Assembly: GCA_036785375.1 (NCBI GenBank)
Contig: JAWMAR010000115.1
Span: 4,588,001-4,652,000 of the forward strand
Length of the DNA stretch: 64,000 nt
Origin: Leucoraja ocellata
Lineage: Eukaryota
Reading direction: 5' to 3'
Below the pieces are notes generated by a model. The model was not told the origin of the DNA. It searched no databases and saw only the letters and a list, made by a program, of their open reading frames with translations. Below, piece by piece: positions 1 through 12,468 of the stretch. How positions within the stretch are numbered: position 1 is the first letter of the stretch; every line of letters starts with the position of its first letter. Both the position numbers and the translations under genes were made by a program.

Positions 1-289
1 AGGGTCATACAAGAAGGACAGAAGCAGAAGGTAGAAGAGAGATAAGAAGAACAAATCTGAAAGCTTTGTGCCTTAATACAAGGAGCATTTGCAATAAGGT
101 AGTTGAATTGAATGTGCAGTTAATAGTTAAGGGATATGATATTGTTGGAATTACAGAGACGTGGCTCCAGGGTGACCAAGGCTGGGGTCTAAACATGCAG
201 GGGAATTCAATATTCAGGAATATTGGTGAAGTGGGGAGGCATTTGGACACTGGACACTGGACACTGGACACTGGACACTGGACTTCCTC

Positions 290-1332
290 ACTAACAGACC
301 ACAGTCTGTTAAGGTCAATAACCTCACCTCCTCCACTATGACACTGAACACCGGAGTGCCACAGGGCTGTGTGCTCAGCCCTCTCCTCTACTCCCTCTTC
401 ACCCACGACTGCATCCCAAAGTTTGGATCCAACGCCATTATTAAGTTTGCTGACGATACCACGGTAGTAGGACTGATCAGCGACAACGATGAGTCAGCCT
501 ACAGGGATGAGATCCAGCACCTGACAGCCTGGTGTGCCAACAATAACCTCGTCCTCAACTCCAAAAAGACGAAGGAGATTATTGTTGACTTCAGGCAGAC
601 CAGAGGAGGCAGTCATACCCCCATCCATATCAACGGGACTGAGGTGGAGCGCGTCTCCAGCTATAAATTCCTCGGAGTACATATCTCGGAGGATTTGTCC
701 TGGTCCCTCAACACCTCCAAGCTGATCAAAAAGGCACAGCAGCGCCTTTACTTCCTGAGGAGGCTCAAGAAAGCCCACCTGTCCCCCCGGACCCTGACCA
801 ACTTTTACCGCTGTACCATAGAGAGTATCCTGACCACCTGCTTCACGGTATGGTACAGCAGCTGCACTGCTGCGGACAGGAAGACACTACAACGGGTGGT
901 GAAAACCGCGCAGCACATCATCGGTGCCCCGCTCCCTGCCATGGATGCCCTCCACCGAAAACGGTGTCTGAGACGGGCTGGGAAGATCATCAAAGACCCC
1001 TCACACCCCAACCATGGACTGTTTGCCCTCCTCCCATCAGGGAGGCGGTACAGGAGCCTCAGATCACGTACTAGTAGGATGAGGAACAGCTTCTACAACA
1101 ACACAATCACATTGCTGGACTCGGAGTCCCGCCGATAGATTTCTCTGGTCCCCCCGTCCCCATTGTTTAATTATTCTGTATTTCCTGATTATTCTGTATC
1201 TTCCCTCTTTCTATTTTTTTTGTTTTCTTTATGTACAACTACTACGGACTGACGCAAAACTGCATTTCGTTGTACTGATACTTGTATTTGTGTGATGACA
1301 TTAAAGTTGAATTGAATTGAATTGAATTGAAT
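290..1332 (+). mobile_element. 5'-truncated Rex1/Babar-like LINE (RT C-terminus, ORF 338-1138)
   Basis: [50 protein letters not shown]; (AATTG)n tail. Confidence 0.85.
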
Positions 1333-1809
1333 TGCTGGTTAAAGAGGAAATTAATTCAATAGCAAGGAGAGACATTAGCTTGGATGCTGTAGAATCAATA
1401 TGGGTTGAACTGCGAAATAGCCAAGAGCAGAATTTGTAGTTGTATACAGACTGCCAAACCATATAACCATATAACCATATAACAAACAACAGTAGGGAGT
1501 TTGGGGATAGCATCAAGCAGGAAATTATGGATGCGTGGTGCAAAGGTACAGCAGTTATCATGGGTGACTTTAATTGACACATAGATTGGGCCAACCAAAT
1601 TGTTAACAGTGCTGGGGAGGAGGATTTTCTGGAATGTACTGTATTTGGGATGTTTTTTTAAACCAATATGTAGAGGAACCGGCCAGATGGCAGGCTATCC
1701 TCAACTGAGTATTGTATAATGAGGAAGGATTTGTTAGCAATCTTGTTGTGCAAAGCCCCTTGGGCAACAGTGACTTTAATATGATGGTATTAGGATGGGG
1801 AGTGACGGT

Positions 1810-2706
1810 TAATTGATTGATTGATAGAATTTATTGCCACACAACCAGGGTCGGTGGAATTTTGGGTTGTCAGCAGCGGTACAATAATAAAGAACACACA
1901 ACCACAATAAAAATATAACACAAACATCCACCACAGCATTCATCACTGTGGTGGAAGGCACAGAACTTGGCCAGACCTCCTCCATTTTCTCCCGTGGTCG
2001 GGACCTCCACCCTCCGCAGCTGTTGCTGCGGGCATGCAGATGGTAAGGGACAAAGTCAAAGGCAGGGTAAGTCCAGGATCGGCTCTTCCCCACCAGAGAC
2101 CGCGGCTACAGGCTGGTGTAGGCTGCAGGCCGGCAGTCGAAGATTTAAGGTTCACGCCGTGCCGTGCCGCAGACAGAAGCACCGCCGACCGCAGGGCCGG
2201 TGGTCGAAGTTCCCCTCCAGGGGTGATGGTAACTCCATGAAGTTGGCCGCGGCCGGCAGTGATGGCTTCTTCTTCCCCCAGGTCCCCCACGAGGGATCCC
2301 GGGCTGTAGACGCCGCGCCAGCTGGAGCTGTGCAGACCGCAGCTTCAGGCTGCCGGCTGCCCCGGGCCAGCGAAGCGGAGCGCTCCCCTCCAGCGAGCCC
2401 CAGCGAGGGCTCACCCGCTCCACGCCGAGAGTCCACGTTGCGCCCGCCGCTGAAGCCCCGGGCGCGTCTCCGGGAAAGGCCGCGCCGATCCTTGCTGTTA
2501 GGCCACGGGGGAGGCGGCCTGGAAAAAGTCGCCTCTCCATGGAGGAGGCGGCCAAAACGGTTTCCCCCTTACCCCCCCACACCACCCCCCACATAAGACA
2601 CACAAAGAACCATTAAAAACATACTTTAAAACATACTAAAAAAATATAAAAAGTTGAAAAAACTAACGTGCTACTGACAGGGCTGCTGCCACTGCAGCGC
2701 CCCCTA
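1810..2706 (-). mobile_element. GC-rich ~0.9-kb non-autonomous retroposon, copy 1
   Basis: Closely similar inverted copy at 17261-18165; 3' hairpin, AATAAA and (TCAA)n tail; interrupts a CR1 fragment. Confidence 0.75.
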
Positions 2707-4424
2707 CCTACCTATTCAGAGGCTAGGGTCCTGAAAGCAGACTTTGAAGGTTTGAGATGGGAATTGGCTAGGATAGACTGGAAAATTATACTTAAAGGGT
2801 GACAGTGGAGATGCATTGGCAAAGATTTTAAAACCACATGTATGAACTCCAAAATGTTCATCCCTCTTGTGTTTCCCACATTGTTGACCCATCGGGTCAA
2901 GCAGCATCTCTGAGGAAATAGGGATTGTCACGGTTAGGTCTGAGATCCTGAACCGGAATGTCTGAATAACTCCAGCAATTTGTACATTAGTCCAGATTCC
3001 AGCATTTTCCGTTGCTTGTGACTCCATAAACGGAAGGAAGGAAATCACTTTATCTTTTAACTGAGCACATTATAGTCGTCAGGACTCTGTGTCAAATGTA
3101 ATCATATTATGGGAGTGAGCTTTTTCACACCTTGACTCTTATATCTCTAGTATGCAGCTGTTTGCATTCTTCTGCAATAGGACGGAGAATGACATGGCTA
3201 ATTCAGAGACTAGGGTCCTGAACTTAAAGAAAGGAGACTTTGAAGGTATGAGGTGGGAATTGGCTCGGATAGACTGGCAAATTATACTTAAAAGGTTGAC
3301 GGTGGAGATAAAATGGCAAAAGTTTAAAGACCGCATGGATGAACTCTAAAAATTGTTCATCCTTGACTGGCGAAAAAATAAAATGGGGAAGGCGGCTCAA
3401 CCGTGGCTAACAAGACCCTTCACAAAAAGCTGGAGTCATGCAGTGGGATAGGCAGCATCTCTGGAGAGAAGGAATGGGTGATGTTTTGGGTCTCGACCCG
3501 AAACGTTACCTATTCCTTCTCTCCAGAGATGCTGCCTGTCCCGCTGAGTTACTCCAGCTTTTTGTGTCTGTCTTCGGTTTAAACCAGCAGCTGCAGTTTG
3601 TTCCTACACATTTTGCCTGCTCCACTGCGAAATCACCTCAAGGTATGTCTACTTTGAAGATGTTCTCCTCTCTCCGACAAGAGTTGTGCAACATCTTCTC
3701 TCACTGCTCCCCCTCTGTGATTCCTCCTGCTCTCTCACTCTACGCACTCATTGTACTTTGTTCTCTCCATATCACCGTCTATATCTCTCATTTCCCATAT
3801 CTGAACCTAAAACGTCACCAATTTCTTCTCTCCAGAGATGCTGCCTGTCCCGCTGAGTTATTCCAGCTTTTAGTGTCTATTTTAGGATTGTAAACCTTGA
3901 CGAGGAGCCCCTACACCCTGACACTTTCCCTTTGTGTCAATTACTTTACATCGAAGATGGCATCCAAGGGCATGTAGTCAGTGGTACATGCAGTCATTGT
4001 AACAATCTAGAATTACAGGAAAGCTCAGAAAAGAATTTGCACCAGATTAGACCAGCAATTTCAGGAGACAAAAAGAACTACCGATAATGGAATCTTGACA
4101 AAACAGAAACTCAATTATTCCAGCACTTGTGTTTTGCTCAGCAATTTCAGAAGTCTTCTTACAAATTCATAGTCATGTAATAGGTTTAGTTTCAGTTTAG
4201 TATTGTCACCTACACCATGGTAACAATAAAAAGCTTTGTTCTGCATTCTATCCAATAAGATTAAATGATACTACATGAATACATGAAGTCAAACTCAAGT
4301 ACAATAGATGGGCCAAAGGGGAAGATGCAGTGTGCTGAGCCTAGTTCTCAGCATTATGGCTAGTTCCAATGTCCACAACGGGGTAGTGAATCACACAGTA
4401 TCCTAGCTTATGGATGGACCATTC

Positions 4425-5820
4425 CATAGAAACATAGAAACATAGAAATTAGGTGCAGGAGTAGGCCATTCGGCCTTCGAGCCTGCACCGCCATTCAATA
4501 TGATCATGGCTGATCATCCAACTCAGTATCCCGTACCTGCCTTCTCTCCATACCCTCTGATCCCTTAGCCACAAGGGCCACATCTAACTCCCTCATAAAT
4601 ATAGCCAATGAACTGGCCTCGACTACCCTCTGTGGCAGAGAGTTCCAGAGATTCACCACTCTCTGTGTGAAAAAAGTTCTTCTCATCTCGGTTTTAAAGG
4701 ATTTCCCCCTTTATCCTTAAGCTGTGACCCCTTGTCCTGGACTTCCCCAACATCGGGAGCAATCTTCCTGCATCTAGCCTGTCCAACCCCTTAAGAATTT
4801 TGTAAGTTTCTATAAGATCCCCTCTCAATCTCCTAAATTCTAGAGAGTATAAACCAAGTCTATCCAGTCTTTCTTCATAAGACAGTCCTGACATCCCAGG
4901 AATCAGTCTGGTGAACCTTCTCTGCACTCCTTCTATGGCAATAATTGTCCTTCCTCAGATTTGAGACCAAAACTGTACGCAATACTCCAGGTGTGGTCTC
5001 ACCAAGACCCTGTACAACTGCAGTAGAACCTCCCTGCTCCTATACTCAAATTCTTTTGCTATGAAAGCTAACATACCATTCGCTTTCTTCACTGCCGGCT
5101 GCACTGCATGCCTACTTTCAATGACTGGTGTACCATGACACCCAGGTCTCGCTGCATCTTCCCTTTTCCTAGTCGGCCACCATTTTAGATAATAGTCTGC
5201 TTTCCTGTTTTTTACACCAAATGGATAACCTCACATTTAACAACATTAACTGCATCTGCCAAACATTTGCCACTCACCCAGCCTATCCAAGTCACCTTGC
5301 AGTCTCCTAGCATCCTCCTCACAGCTAACACTGCCCCCAGCTTAGTGTCATCCGCAAACTTGGAGATATTGCCTTCAATTCCCTCATCCAGATCATTAAT
5401 ATATATTGTAAATAGCTGGGTCCCAGCACTGAGCCTTGCGGTACCCCACTAGTCACTGCCTGCCATTGTGAAAAGACCCGTTTACTCCTACTCTTTGCTT
5501 CCTGTTTGCCAGCCAGTTCTCTATCCACATCAATACTGAACCCCCCAATGCCGTGTGCTTTAAGTTTGTATACTAATCTCTTATGTGGGACCTTGTCGAA
5601 AGCCTTCTGGAAGTCCAGATACACCACCGTCCACTGGTTCTCCCCTATCCACACTACTAGTTACATCCTCGAAAAATTCTATAAGATTCGTCAGACATGA
5701 TTTACCTTTCGTAAATCCATGCTGACTTTGTCCAATGATTTCACCACTTTCCAAATGTGCTGCTATCCCATCTTTAATAACTGATCTAGCAGTTTCCCCA
5801 CTACCGATGTTAGACTAACT
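4425..5820 (-). mobile_element. 5'-truncated CR1 (RT 3' part), frameshifted
   Basis: (AGAAACAT)n tail at ~4425-4448; [13 protein letters not shown] and [11 protein letters not shown] fragments; nearly identical to 15540-16933. Confidence 0.9.
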
Positions 5821-6149
5821 TCCAAAGCCCGATAACAGGGATAGAAGCTGTTCCTGAGCCTGGTGGTGCGAAGTTTAAAGCTTCTGTATCTTCTGGTAGA
5901 TTGGAGCAAGGAGAAGCAGGAATGAGTGGGGCAGAGCACGTCTTTGATTGTTGGCTGCTTGATTATGTTGGTTGCTTAATAGATTCAGATTACAGGGAAG
6001 ATTTCTGGTTGGCACCTTCTGTGTGCTCTTCACACTCTGCCATATCCTGCAGACATTGGAGTGATATTCCACGCCCGGCTGTTCTGCCCTCACACAGTTT
6101 CCACTCTCACCGAGTTCTCTCCCACTCGAGAGAGATGGGGGGGGGGGGG

Positions 6150-6490
6150 ACTCACTATCCGTCTCCTCCTGGACCTGGCCAAGATGGGCATTCGTAGGTC
6201 CAGGCAGCGAGTAGTCGACGGCCGCACCAGGGTTGACTGCCTGCCCCTTTTCCGGGCCTACATCAGTGCCCACGTGTCCTTGCAGAAGGAAGACGCAGTG
6301 TCCACGGGGACTTTGGAGGCCTTCCGTGAACGCTGGTCGCCGCGGGAGGTTGAGTATGTTGTTGATAAAGTTGGCGTTATATTAATTTGATGATCATTTG
6401 TTTGTAAAACTGTCAACATAGGCAGTCTTTGATTGTGCTAATTTGTATGTTTATTTTCAATTATTTGAATAAAAGTATTTGTATAATAAA
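6150..6490 (+). mobile_element. L1/Tx1-like LINE 3' end fragment
   Basis: LLLDLAKMGIRRSRQ...LEAFRERW C-terminal pattern and A-rich tail. A related fragment (LLLGLAKLAIR) lies at ~19310-19610. Confidence 0.55.
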
Positions 6491-8533
6491 AGAAATGGTG
6501 ACTTGGTACAATAGGAGGCTGCTGAGGACCCGTGATGTTGGCTCACCTGCTGAAACGGGTTGTTAGTCTCGGGTTTCGGCATCTGTTGATGCCTCCCTCC
6601 TCACCCAGTGGTTTCTGGCATCCGATTTTGCTCAGCTGTTGCTTCTCCCGGGGGCTTCCCCCTCCAATCCATCATTGCATCCAGCACGTATTGTCCACAC
6701 TGAGCAGTGTGGCCCCACACCACATCCTGAGGGGGAGCGGTGGTGAACCACAGCCTTTCTCATTGACACGGGTCTCTGCTGAGTCAACAAGGCTCAGGAC
6801 ATCTGCAGTGAGTCTGAGCTTGGTTTGTGCAGGAAACCAGCATTCAGTTTTGCGGTTGCCTGGTTTATTTCTCAGATGGTTTGGTTTCTGGTGAAGATAG
6901 ACACACAATGTTGGAGTAACTCAGCGGGACCGGCAGCATCTCTGGATAGAAGGAGTGGGTGAAGTTTCAGGTCGAGATCCTTCTTCAGACTGAGAGTCAG
7001 GGAGGAGGGAGACACCAAGATAAGGAAGTGTAAGGTGTGAAAACGAAACATCAATAGAGACGTGGATCATGAAAAATGTAGAATAGATAATTTCTGGTTT
7101 CAGGAATAATAATGTCTGTGATTTGCTGCCCTGCAATCAGCAACTGGCCCGCAACAGAGGGAGATCCCAATGCAAATCCAGAGATTCCTGTGGCTACATG
7201 ACAGGTGGCCCTGCCTGTAGTGACACTGAACAAGTGGTTCACAACAGTCCAGTGGTAAATCAAGAGGGCAGGGACACAAGCAATGATAAAATAAAGCAGT
7301 GGGATTGTGATGGGTGAGTGCTTTGTGTGGGAAGAAGCTGGAGTCGAAAAACAACATCTGCAAAATAAATTTGTGCAATACACTCGACCTCCATTCTCAG
7401 TATCTATGCATTCAGTAGTTCCATACTCACTAGTGTACCCACCTATCTTTACACAATTCGGCATTCTGTACCTTCCCTTTTGTTCTGTCTATTGTACTTG
7501 AGTTTGACGTGATTGTATTTATATATGGTATGTCTGATCTGTTTGGATAGCATGCAAAACAAAGATATTTTTACTGTACCTTGGTACACATGACAATAAT
7601 AACCTAATTCTAAACAAAACAGCCTTGATGACTCGAGGAACCACAGATTTTGGTTTACAAAAAAGATACAATGTGCTGGAATAACTCAGCGGTCAGGCAG
7701 TATCACTGGAAAATATGGATGGTTGACGTTTCCAGTTAGGGTCCATCTTCAGACTTCTAAACACCTTGGCCATTAATTTGGCTCGTGGGGTGATATCCCT
7801 TCCCTTGTTTGAGGAGTGTCCCTGTGGAAGCTGCAGTATGACAAAGGGTAAGATAGCTGAACAGCACAACAACCTTTAGGTATTCATTAATGCACATCAC
7901 TGTTCCTGATAGGTATTCAATGATGCACCCTAATGTTTTTGGATGGCTATTCCTTGACGCACACTACAAGGCTCTTGATATTGAAAATTAATTAAAGGAT
8001 TAAATAGCATGTAGGTTTACTTCTATTAGTTTTATCGCATTTGTATATTAATGTTTTGAGAACGTATTGTTATTGATGATAAGAAATTAGAAAGCGCACA
8101 CAATTTCAAGGGTCGAAATCTGTATAAAATGTTGACCGTTCTGATTGGAATTCATGGTCATAGGAGGCCTTCATGCTCACATGCTTTGCTGGACGAGGAA
8201 TGCAGCTTGCTGATGTGCCGTGGTAATGTGGGAGACGGAAGGGACGTCACGACCGCGGTGCCACAGGTGCTGTCGCCGAGGGAGGACGGACGGAGCCGCG
8301 GCTCGAGAGACTAACAGAGACTAACAGAGGCAAAGAGGTTTGCCACACACTGCAAGGGAGCAGTGGACCAGACAGGAAGAGCGGACGGAATTACCACTAG
8401 ACAGCCAAACCAGTAGGTAATTTATGGCTGGGGTGAGTACTTTCCCATTTATAGGAGGTAGGATTATATAAATAAGGGGTGTATCAATACAGTAGGGGAT
8501 TCTTAAATAGGACCAGTTAATTACTTATATAAG

Positions 8534-9487
8534 ATGGGCGGTCAGGAGATGTGCCAATACTGCGAGATGTGGGAATTTGTCGACACCATTGATGTAGAAG
8601 ATCCCTACAGCTGCAGTAAGTGTTTGAGGCTAGAGGAACTCCAGCTCCGCATTGATGAGCTGGAGACCCAACTTCATACGCTGCGGTACATCAGGGAGGG
8701 GGAGTATTACCTGGATGTTTTGTGCCAGGGGATGGTCACACCGACCAGTTTAACTAATTCAGTAGGTAGTGAGCAAGGAAAGGAAGGTGTGGCCATAAGC
8801 GAGGCAGGTAGGGGGAACCAGGAGGAGATGCGGCAGGAGCCACAGCCCTTGTCCCTGACGAGCATGACCGAGGCTCTTACTCAATGTAAGGACGGGATCA
8901 GGGGCTGTGGGAGGGATGAGCAACCTGGCTGCAGCACCGTGGATCAGGAGGCCATTCAAGAGGGGGGAGTTAGAAGAAATGCCGTAGTGATAGGGGATAG
9001 TATTATTCGGGGGGTAGATAAGGTTCTCTGCGGCCAGCAGAACATGTCCCGAAGGCTGTGTTGCCTACCCGGTGCTAGGGTTAAGGATATCTCTGCGATG
9101 CTGGAGAGAAATTTGCAGAGGGAGGGGGAGGATCCAGTGGTCGTGGTCCATGTGGGGACCAATGACATAGGAAGGACGAGGAAGGAGGATCTGCTGAAGG
9201 AGTTTGAGCAGTTAGGGAATAAATTAAAAAGCAGAACCTCGAGGGTACTGATCTCCGGATTGCTACCTGAGCCACGGGCCAAATCGGCGAGGGTACGTAA
9301 AATTAAAAAGCTAAATGCGTGGCTCAAAGACTGGTGTGGGAATAATGGGTTTGGTTTCTTGGGCCACTGGCACCAGTACTGGGACAGGGGGGATCTGTTC
9401 TGTAAGGATGGACTTCACCTGAACGGTGCTGGGACTAGGGTCCTGGCAAATCATATAACTAGGGCAGTAGAGAGGTCTTTAAACTAA
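8534..9487 (+). CDS. CR1 ORF1p: zinc finger, leucine zipper and SGNH esterase
   Basis: CQYC...CSKC, heptad LEELQLRIDELETQL, and SGNH blocks GDSII, PGARV, HVGTND, DGLHLN. Confidence 0.9.
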   Translation: MGGQEMCQYCEMWEFVDTIDVEDPYSCSKCLRLEELQLRIDELETQLHTLRYIREGEYYLDVLCQGMVTPTSLTNSVGSEQGKEGVAISEAGRGNQEEMRQEPQPLSLTSMTEALTQCKDGIRGCGRDEQPGCSTVDQEAIQEGGVRRNAVVIGDSIIRGVDKVLCGQQNMSRRLCCLPGARVKDISAMLERNLQREGEDPVVVVHVGTNDIGRTRKEDLLKEFEQLGNKLKSRTSRVLISGLLPEPRAKSARVRKIKKLNAWLKDWCGNNGFGFLGHWHQYWDRGDLFCKDGLHLNGAGTRVLANHITRAVERSLN

Positions 9488-9576
9488 GTAGCGGGGGGGA
9501 GGTATCAAGGGGGGTAATAACGGCAGGGGTAGAGGAATTAGAGCAGGGTATCAGTGGGGAAGCGGAAAGTCAAAAT

Positions 9577-12468
9577 GTGACAGGAGACAGAATGTGTGAA
9601 GATAAAGCTTTAGATGTAAAAGGGGCAAAAACGGAAAGGAAGGGTAGTAAAAATCATCTGAAAGTGCTTTATCTAAATGCACGGAGTATTCGTAATAAGA
9701 TAAATGAATTAACGGTGCAATTAAGTATATATAGTTATGATATCGTGGCCATTACGGAGACATGGCTGCAAGGGGATCAGGACTGGGAGTTAAATATAGA
9801 GGGGTACTCGACAATTAGGAAAGATAGACAGGAAAGAAAGGGAGGAGGGGTGGCCCTTTTAATAAGGGAGGGAATAACGGCAATGGAGAGGAAGGATATT
9901 GCGTTGAAGGATCAGGATAGTGAAACAGCTTGGGTACAGATAGAGAATAATAAGGGGAAAAAAACACTAGTGGGTGTAATTTATAGACCTCCAAATAGCT
10001 GTGACGCTGTTAGTCAGAACATAAATCTGCAAATAGTTGACGCATGTAAAAAGGGAACTGCTGTAATCATGGGGGACTTCAATTTTCATATTAATTGGGC
10101 AAACCAAACTGGGCAGGGTAGACTAGAGGAAGAGTTTATAGAATGTATTAGAGACGGGTTCCTAGAACAGTATGTCACAGAACCGACAAGGGGGGAGGCA
10201 ATCTTGGATCTGGTCCTGTGTAATGAAGCAGGATTAATTAAAAATGTCATAGTTAGGGACTCGTTGGGAACAAGTGACCACAATATGGTCGAATTCCATA
10301 TTCAAATAGAAGGGGAGCAGGTTGAAACTCAGGCTAGGGTGCTTAGTCTAAATAAGGGGGATTATGAAGGTATGAGGACTGAGCTGATCAAAGTTGACTG
10401 GGATAGCAGACTCAAGAATAAGACGGTACATGAGCAGTGGTGTACGTTTAAGGGTATACTGTATAACCTTCAAGAAAAATTTATTCCTATGAAGAAAAAA
10501 AGGGGTAAGGGTAAGAACAGTCAGCCATGGCTCAGTAAAACTATAAAGGATAGTATTCGGCTGAAGGCAAGGGCATATAAGGTAGCCAGAGATAGTGGGA
10601 GGGTAGAGGATTGGGAAGCATTTAAAGGTCAGCAAAAAATAACTAAGAGATTAATTAAGACGGGGAAAATAGACTATGAAAGGAATTTAGCGAACAACAT
10701 AAAAACTAATAGTAAGAGTTTTTATAGCTATATAAAAAGAAAAAGGGTGGCTAAGGTGAACGTTGGTCCATTGGAGGGTGAGACTGGAGAGTTGTTGGTG
10801 GGGAACATGGAAATGGCAAAGGCATTAAACGAGTATTTTGTATCAGTCTTCACCATAGAAGACACAAAAAATATTCCAACGCTGGATAAACAGGGGGCGG
10901 TAGGAATGGAGGAGCTAAATACTATTAAGATCACCAAGGAGGTGGTATTAGGGAAATTAATGAGACTGAAGGAGGATAAATCCCCTGGGCCTGATGGATT
11001 ACATCCAAGGGTCTTGAGGGAGATAGCGGTGGGGATTGTGGATGCATTGGTGATAATTTTCCAAAACTCCCTGGAGGCAGGAACGGTCCCAGTGGATTGG
11101 AAAATGGCCAATGTAACACCTATATTTAAAAAAGGAAGTAAACAGAAGGCGGGTAACTATAGACCGGTTAGTCTAACATCGGTGGTAGGTAAAATGTTAG
11201 AGACAATTATTAAAGAAACACTAACGGGGCACTTGGATAAACATGACTTCATCGGACAGAACCAGCATGGTTTTGTGAAGGGGAAGTCCTGTTTAACGAA
11301 TCTGCTCGAATTCTTTGAGGAAGTAACAACCCGGGTGGATAAAGGGGAACCGGTGGATGTGGTATTCTTGGACTTCCAAAAGGCTTTTGACAAGGTGCCA
11401 CATAAGAGACTATTGCTAAAAATAAAAAATTATGGGATTGGGGGTAATATATTAGCATGGGTAGAGGATTGGCTAACAAATAGGAAGCAGAGAGTGGGGA
11501 TAAATGGTTCATACTCAGGATGGCAACCGGTAACTAGCGGGGTTCCGCAAGGGTCGGTGCTGGGACCCCAGTTGTTCACAATTTATATAAATGATTTGGA
11601 GGAGGGAACCAAGTGTAATATATCAAAATTTGCGGACGATACAAAAATGGGAGGAAAAGTAGGGGATGAGGAGGATAGGAAGAGTCTGCAAAAGGATATA
11701 GATAAGCTACGTGAGTGGGCAACAACTTGGCAGATGAAATTTAATACTAATAAATGTGAAGTCATTCACTTTGGGAAAAAAAATGATAGGGCAAGTTATT
11801 TTCTAAATGAGGAGGAGCTGCGTTGTAATGCAACGCAAAGGGATCTAGGGGTATTAGTACATGAATCACTGAAAGTTAGTATGCAGGTGCAGCAAGCAAT
11901 CAGGAAGGCCAATGGAGTTTTGGCCTTTATTGCTAGGGGGATTGAGTATAAAAACACGGAGGTCTTGCTGCAGCTGTACACAGTATTAGTGAGACCACAT
12001 TTGGAATACTGTGTACAGTTCTGGGGTCCATACTTAAGAAAGGATGTACTAGCCCTGGAGGCAGTGCAGCGAAGGTTTACAAGATTAATTCCTGCAATGA
12101 GGGGATTGACATATGAGGAAAGGTTAAGTAGGCTGGAACTCTACTCTTTGGAGTTTAGAAGAATGAGAGGCGATCTCATTGAAACATATAAGATCGTGAG
12201 GGGCCTTGATCGGGTGGATGCACCGAGGATGTTCCCAATGATCGGGGAAACTAGAACTAGGGGACATAGTTGCAGAATAAGGGGGGGCTCTTTTAAAACT
12301 GAGATGAGGAAGAACTTCTTCACCCAGAGGGTGGTTAATTTATGGAATTCACTGCCCCAGGGAGCAGTGGAAGCAGAAACTTTAAATATATTTAAGACTA
12401 AAATAGATGGTTTTTTAGCTGCCAAGGGGATAAGGGGCTACGGGGAGAGGGCAGGGATATGGACCTAG
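9577..12468 (+). CDS. CR1 ORF2p: APE endonuclease and reverse transcriptase
   Basis: 963 aa uninterrupted. Endonuclease motifs YLNARS, ITETWL, GDFN, SDHN; RT motifs [30 protein letters not shown]. Confidence 0.95.
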   Translation: MTGDRMCEDKALDVKGAKTERKGSKNHLKVLYLNARSIRNKINELTVQLSIYSYDIVAITETWLQGDQDWELNIEGYSTIRKDRQERKGGGVALLIREGITAMERKDIALKDQDSETAWVQIENNKGKKTLVGVIYRPPNSCDAVSQNINLQIVDACKKGTAVIMGDFNFHINWANQTGQGRLEEEFIECIRDGFLEQYVTEPTRGEAILDLVLCNEAGLIKNVIVRDSLGTSDHNMVEFHIQIEGEQVETQARVLSLNKGDYEGMRTELIKVDWDSRLKNKTVHEQWCTFKGILYNLQEKFIPMKKKRGKGKNSQPWLSKTIKDSIRLKARAYKVARDSGRVEDWEAFKGQQKITKRLIKTGKIDYERNLANNIKTNSKSFYSYIKRKRVAKVNVGPLEGETGELLVGNMEMAKALNEYFVSVFTIEDTKNIPTLDKQGAVGMEELNTIKITKEVVLGKLMRLKEDKSPGPDGLHPRVLREIAVGIVDALVIIFQNSLEAGTVPVDWKMANVTPIFKKGSKQKAGNYRPVSLTSVVGKMLETIIKETLTGHLDKHDFIGQNQHGFVKGKSCLTNLLEFFEEVTTRVDKGEPVDVVFLDFQKAFDKVPHKRLLLKIKNYGIGGNILAWVEDWLTNRKQRVGINGSYSGWQPVTSGVPQGSVLGPQLFTIYINDLEEGTKCNISKFADDTKMGGKVGDEEDRKSLQKDIDKLREWATTWQMKFNTNKCEVIHFGKKNDRASYFLNEEELRCNATQRDLGVLVHESLKVSMQVQQAIRKANGVLAFIARGIEYKNTEVLLQLYTVLVRPHLEYCVQFWGPYLRKDVLALEAVQRRFTRLIPAMRGLTYEERLSRLELYSLEFRRMRGDLIETYKIVRGLDRVDAPRMFPMIGETRTRGHSCRIRGGSFKTEMRKNFFTQRVVNLWNSLPQGAVEAETLNIFKTKIDGFLAAKGIRGYGERAGIWT

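Larger units (their letters stand above)
1..3413 (+). mobile_element. Decayed CR1 endonuclease region interrupted by nested insertions
   Basis: CR1 ORF2 pieces at ~1-220 (ITETWLQGDQGW), 1334-1808, 2714-2865 and 3165-3413; the first three are collinear across two inserts. Confidence 0.75.

Noticed and set aside
245-283. (TGGACAC)n heptamer run
   Set aside because: Simple microsatellite at a nested-insertion junction; no further structure.
1943-2603. Overlapping 100-200 aa ORFs (also 17351-18026)
   Set aside because: Stop-poor GC-rich repeat; frames are not preserved between the two copies and no domain is recognisable.
6532-6894. 120-aa ORF with a donor-like GTGAGT near 6808
   Set aside because: No convincing acceptor or recognisable motif.
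10086-12425. Antisense ORFs over CR1 ORF2 and similar ORFs over other LINE copies
   Set aside because: Shadow frames of the RT coding strand.
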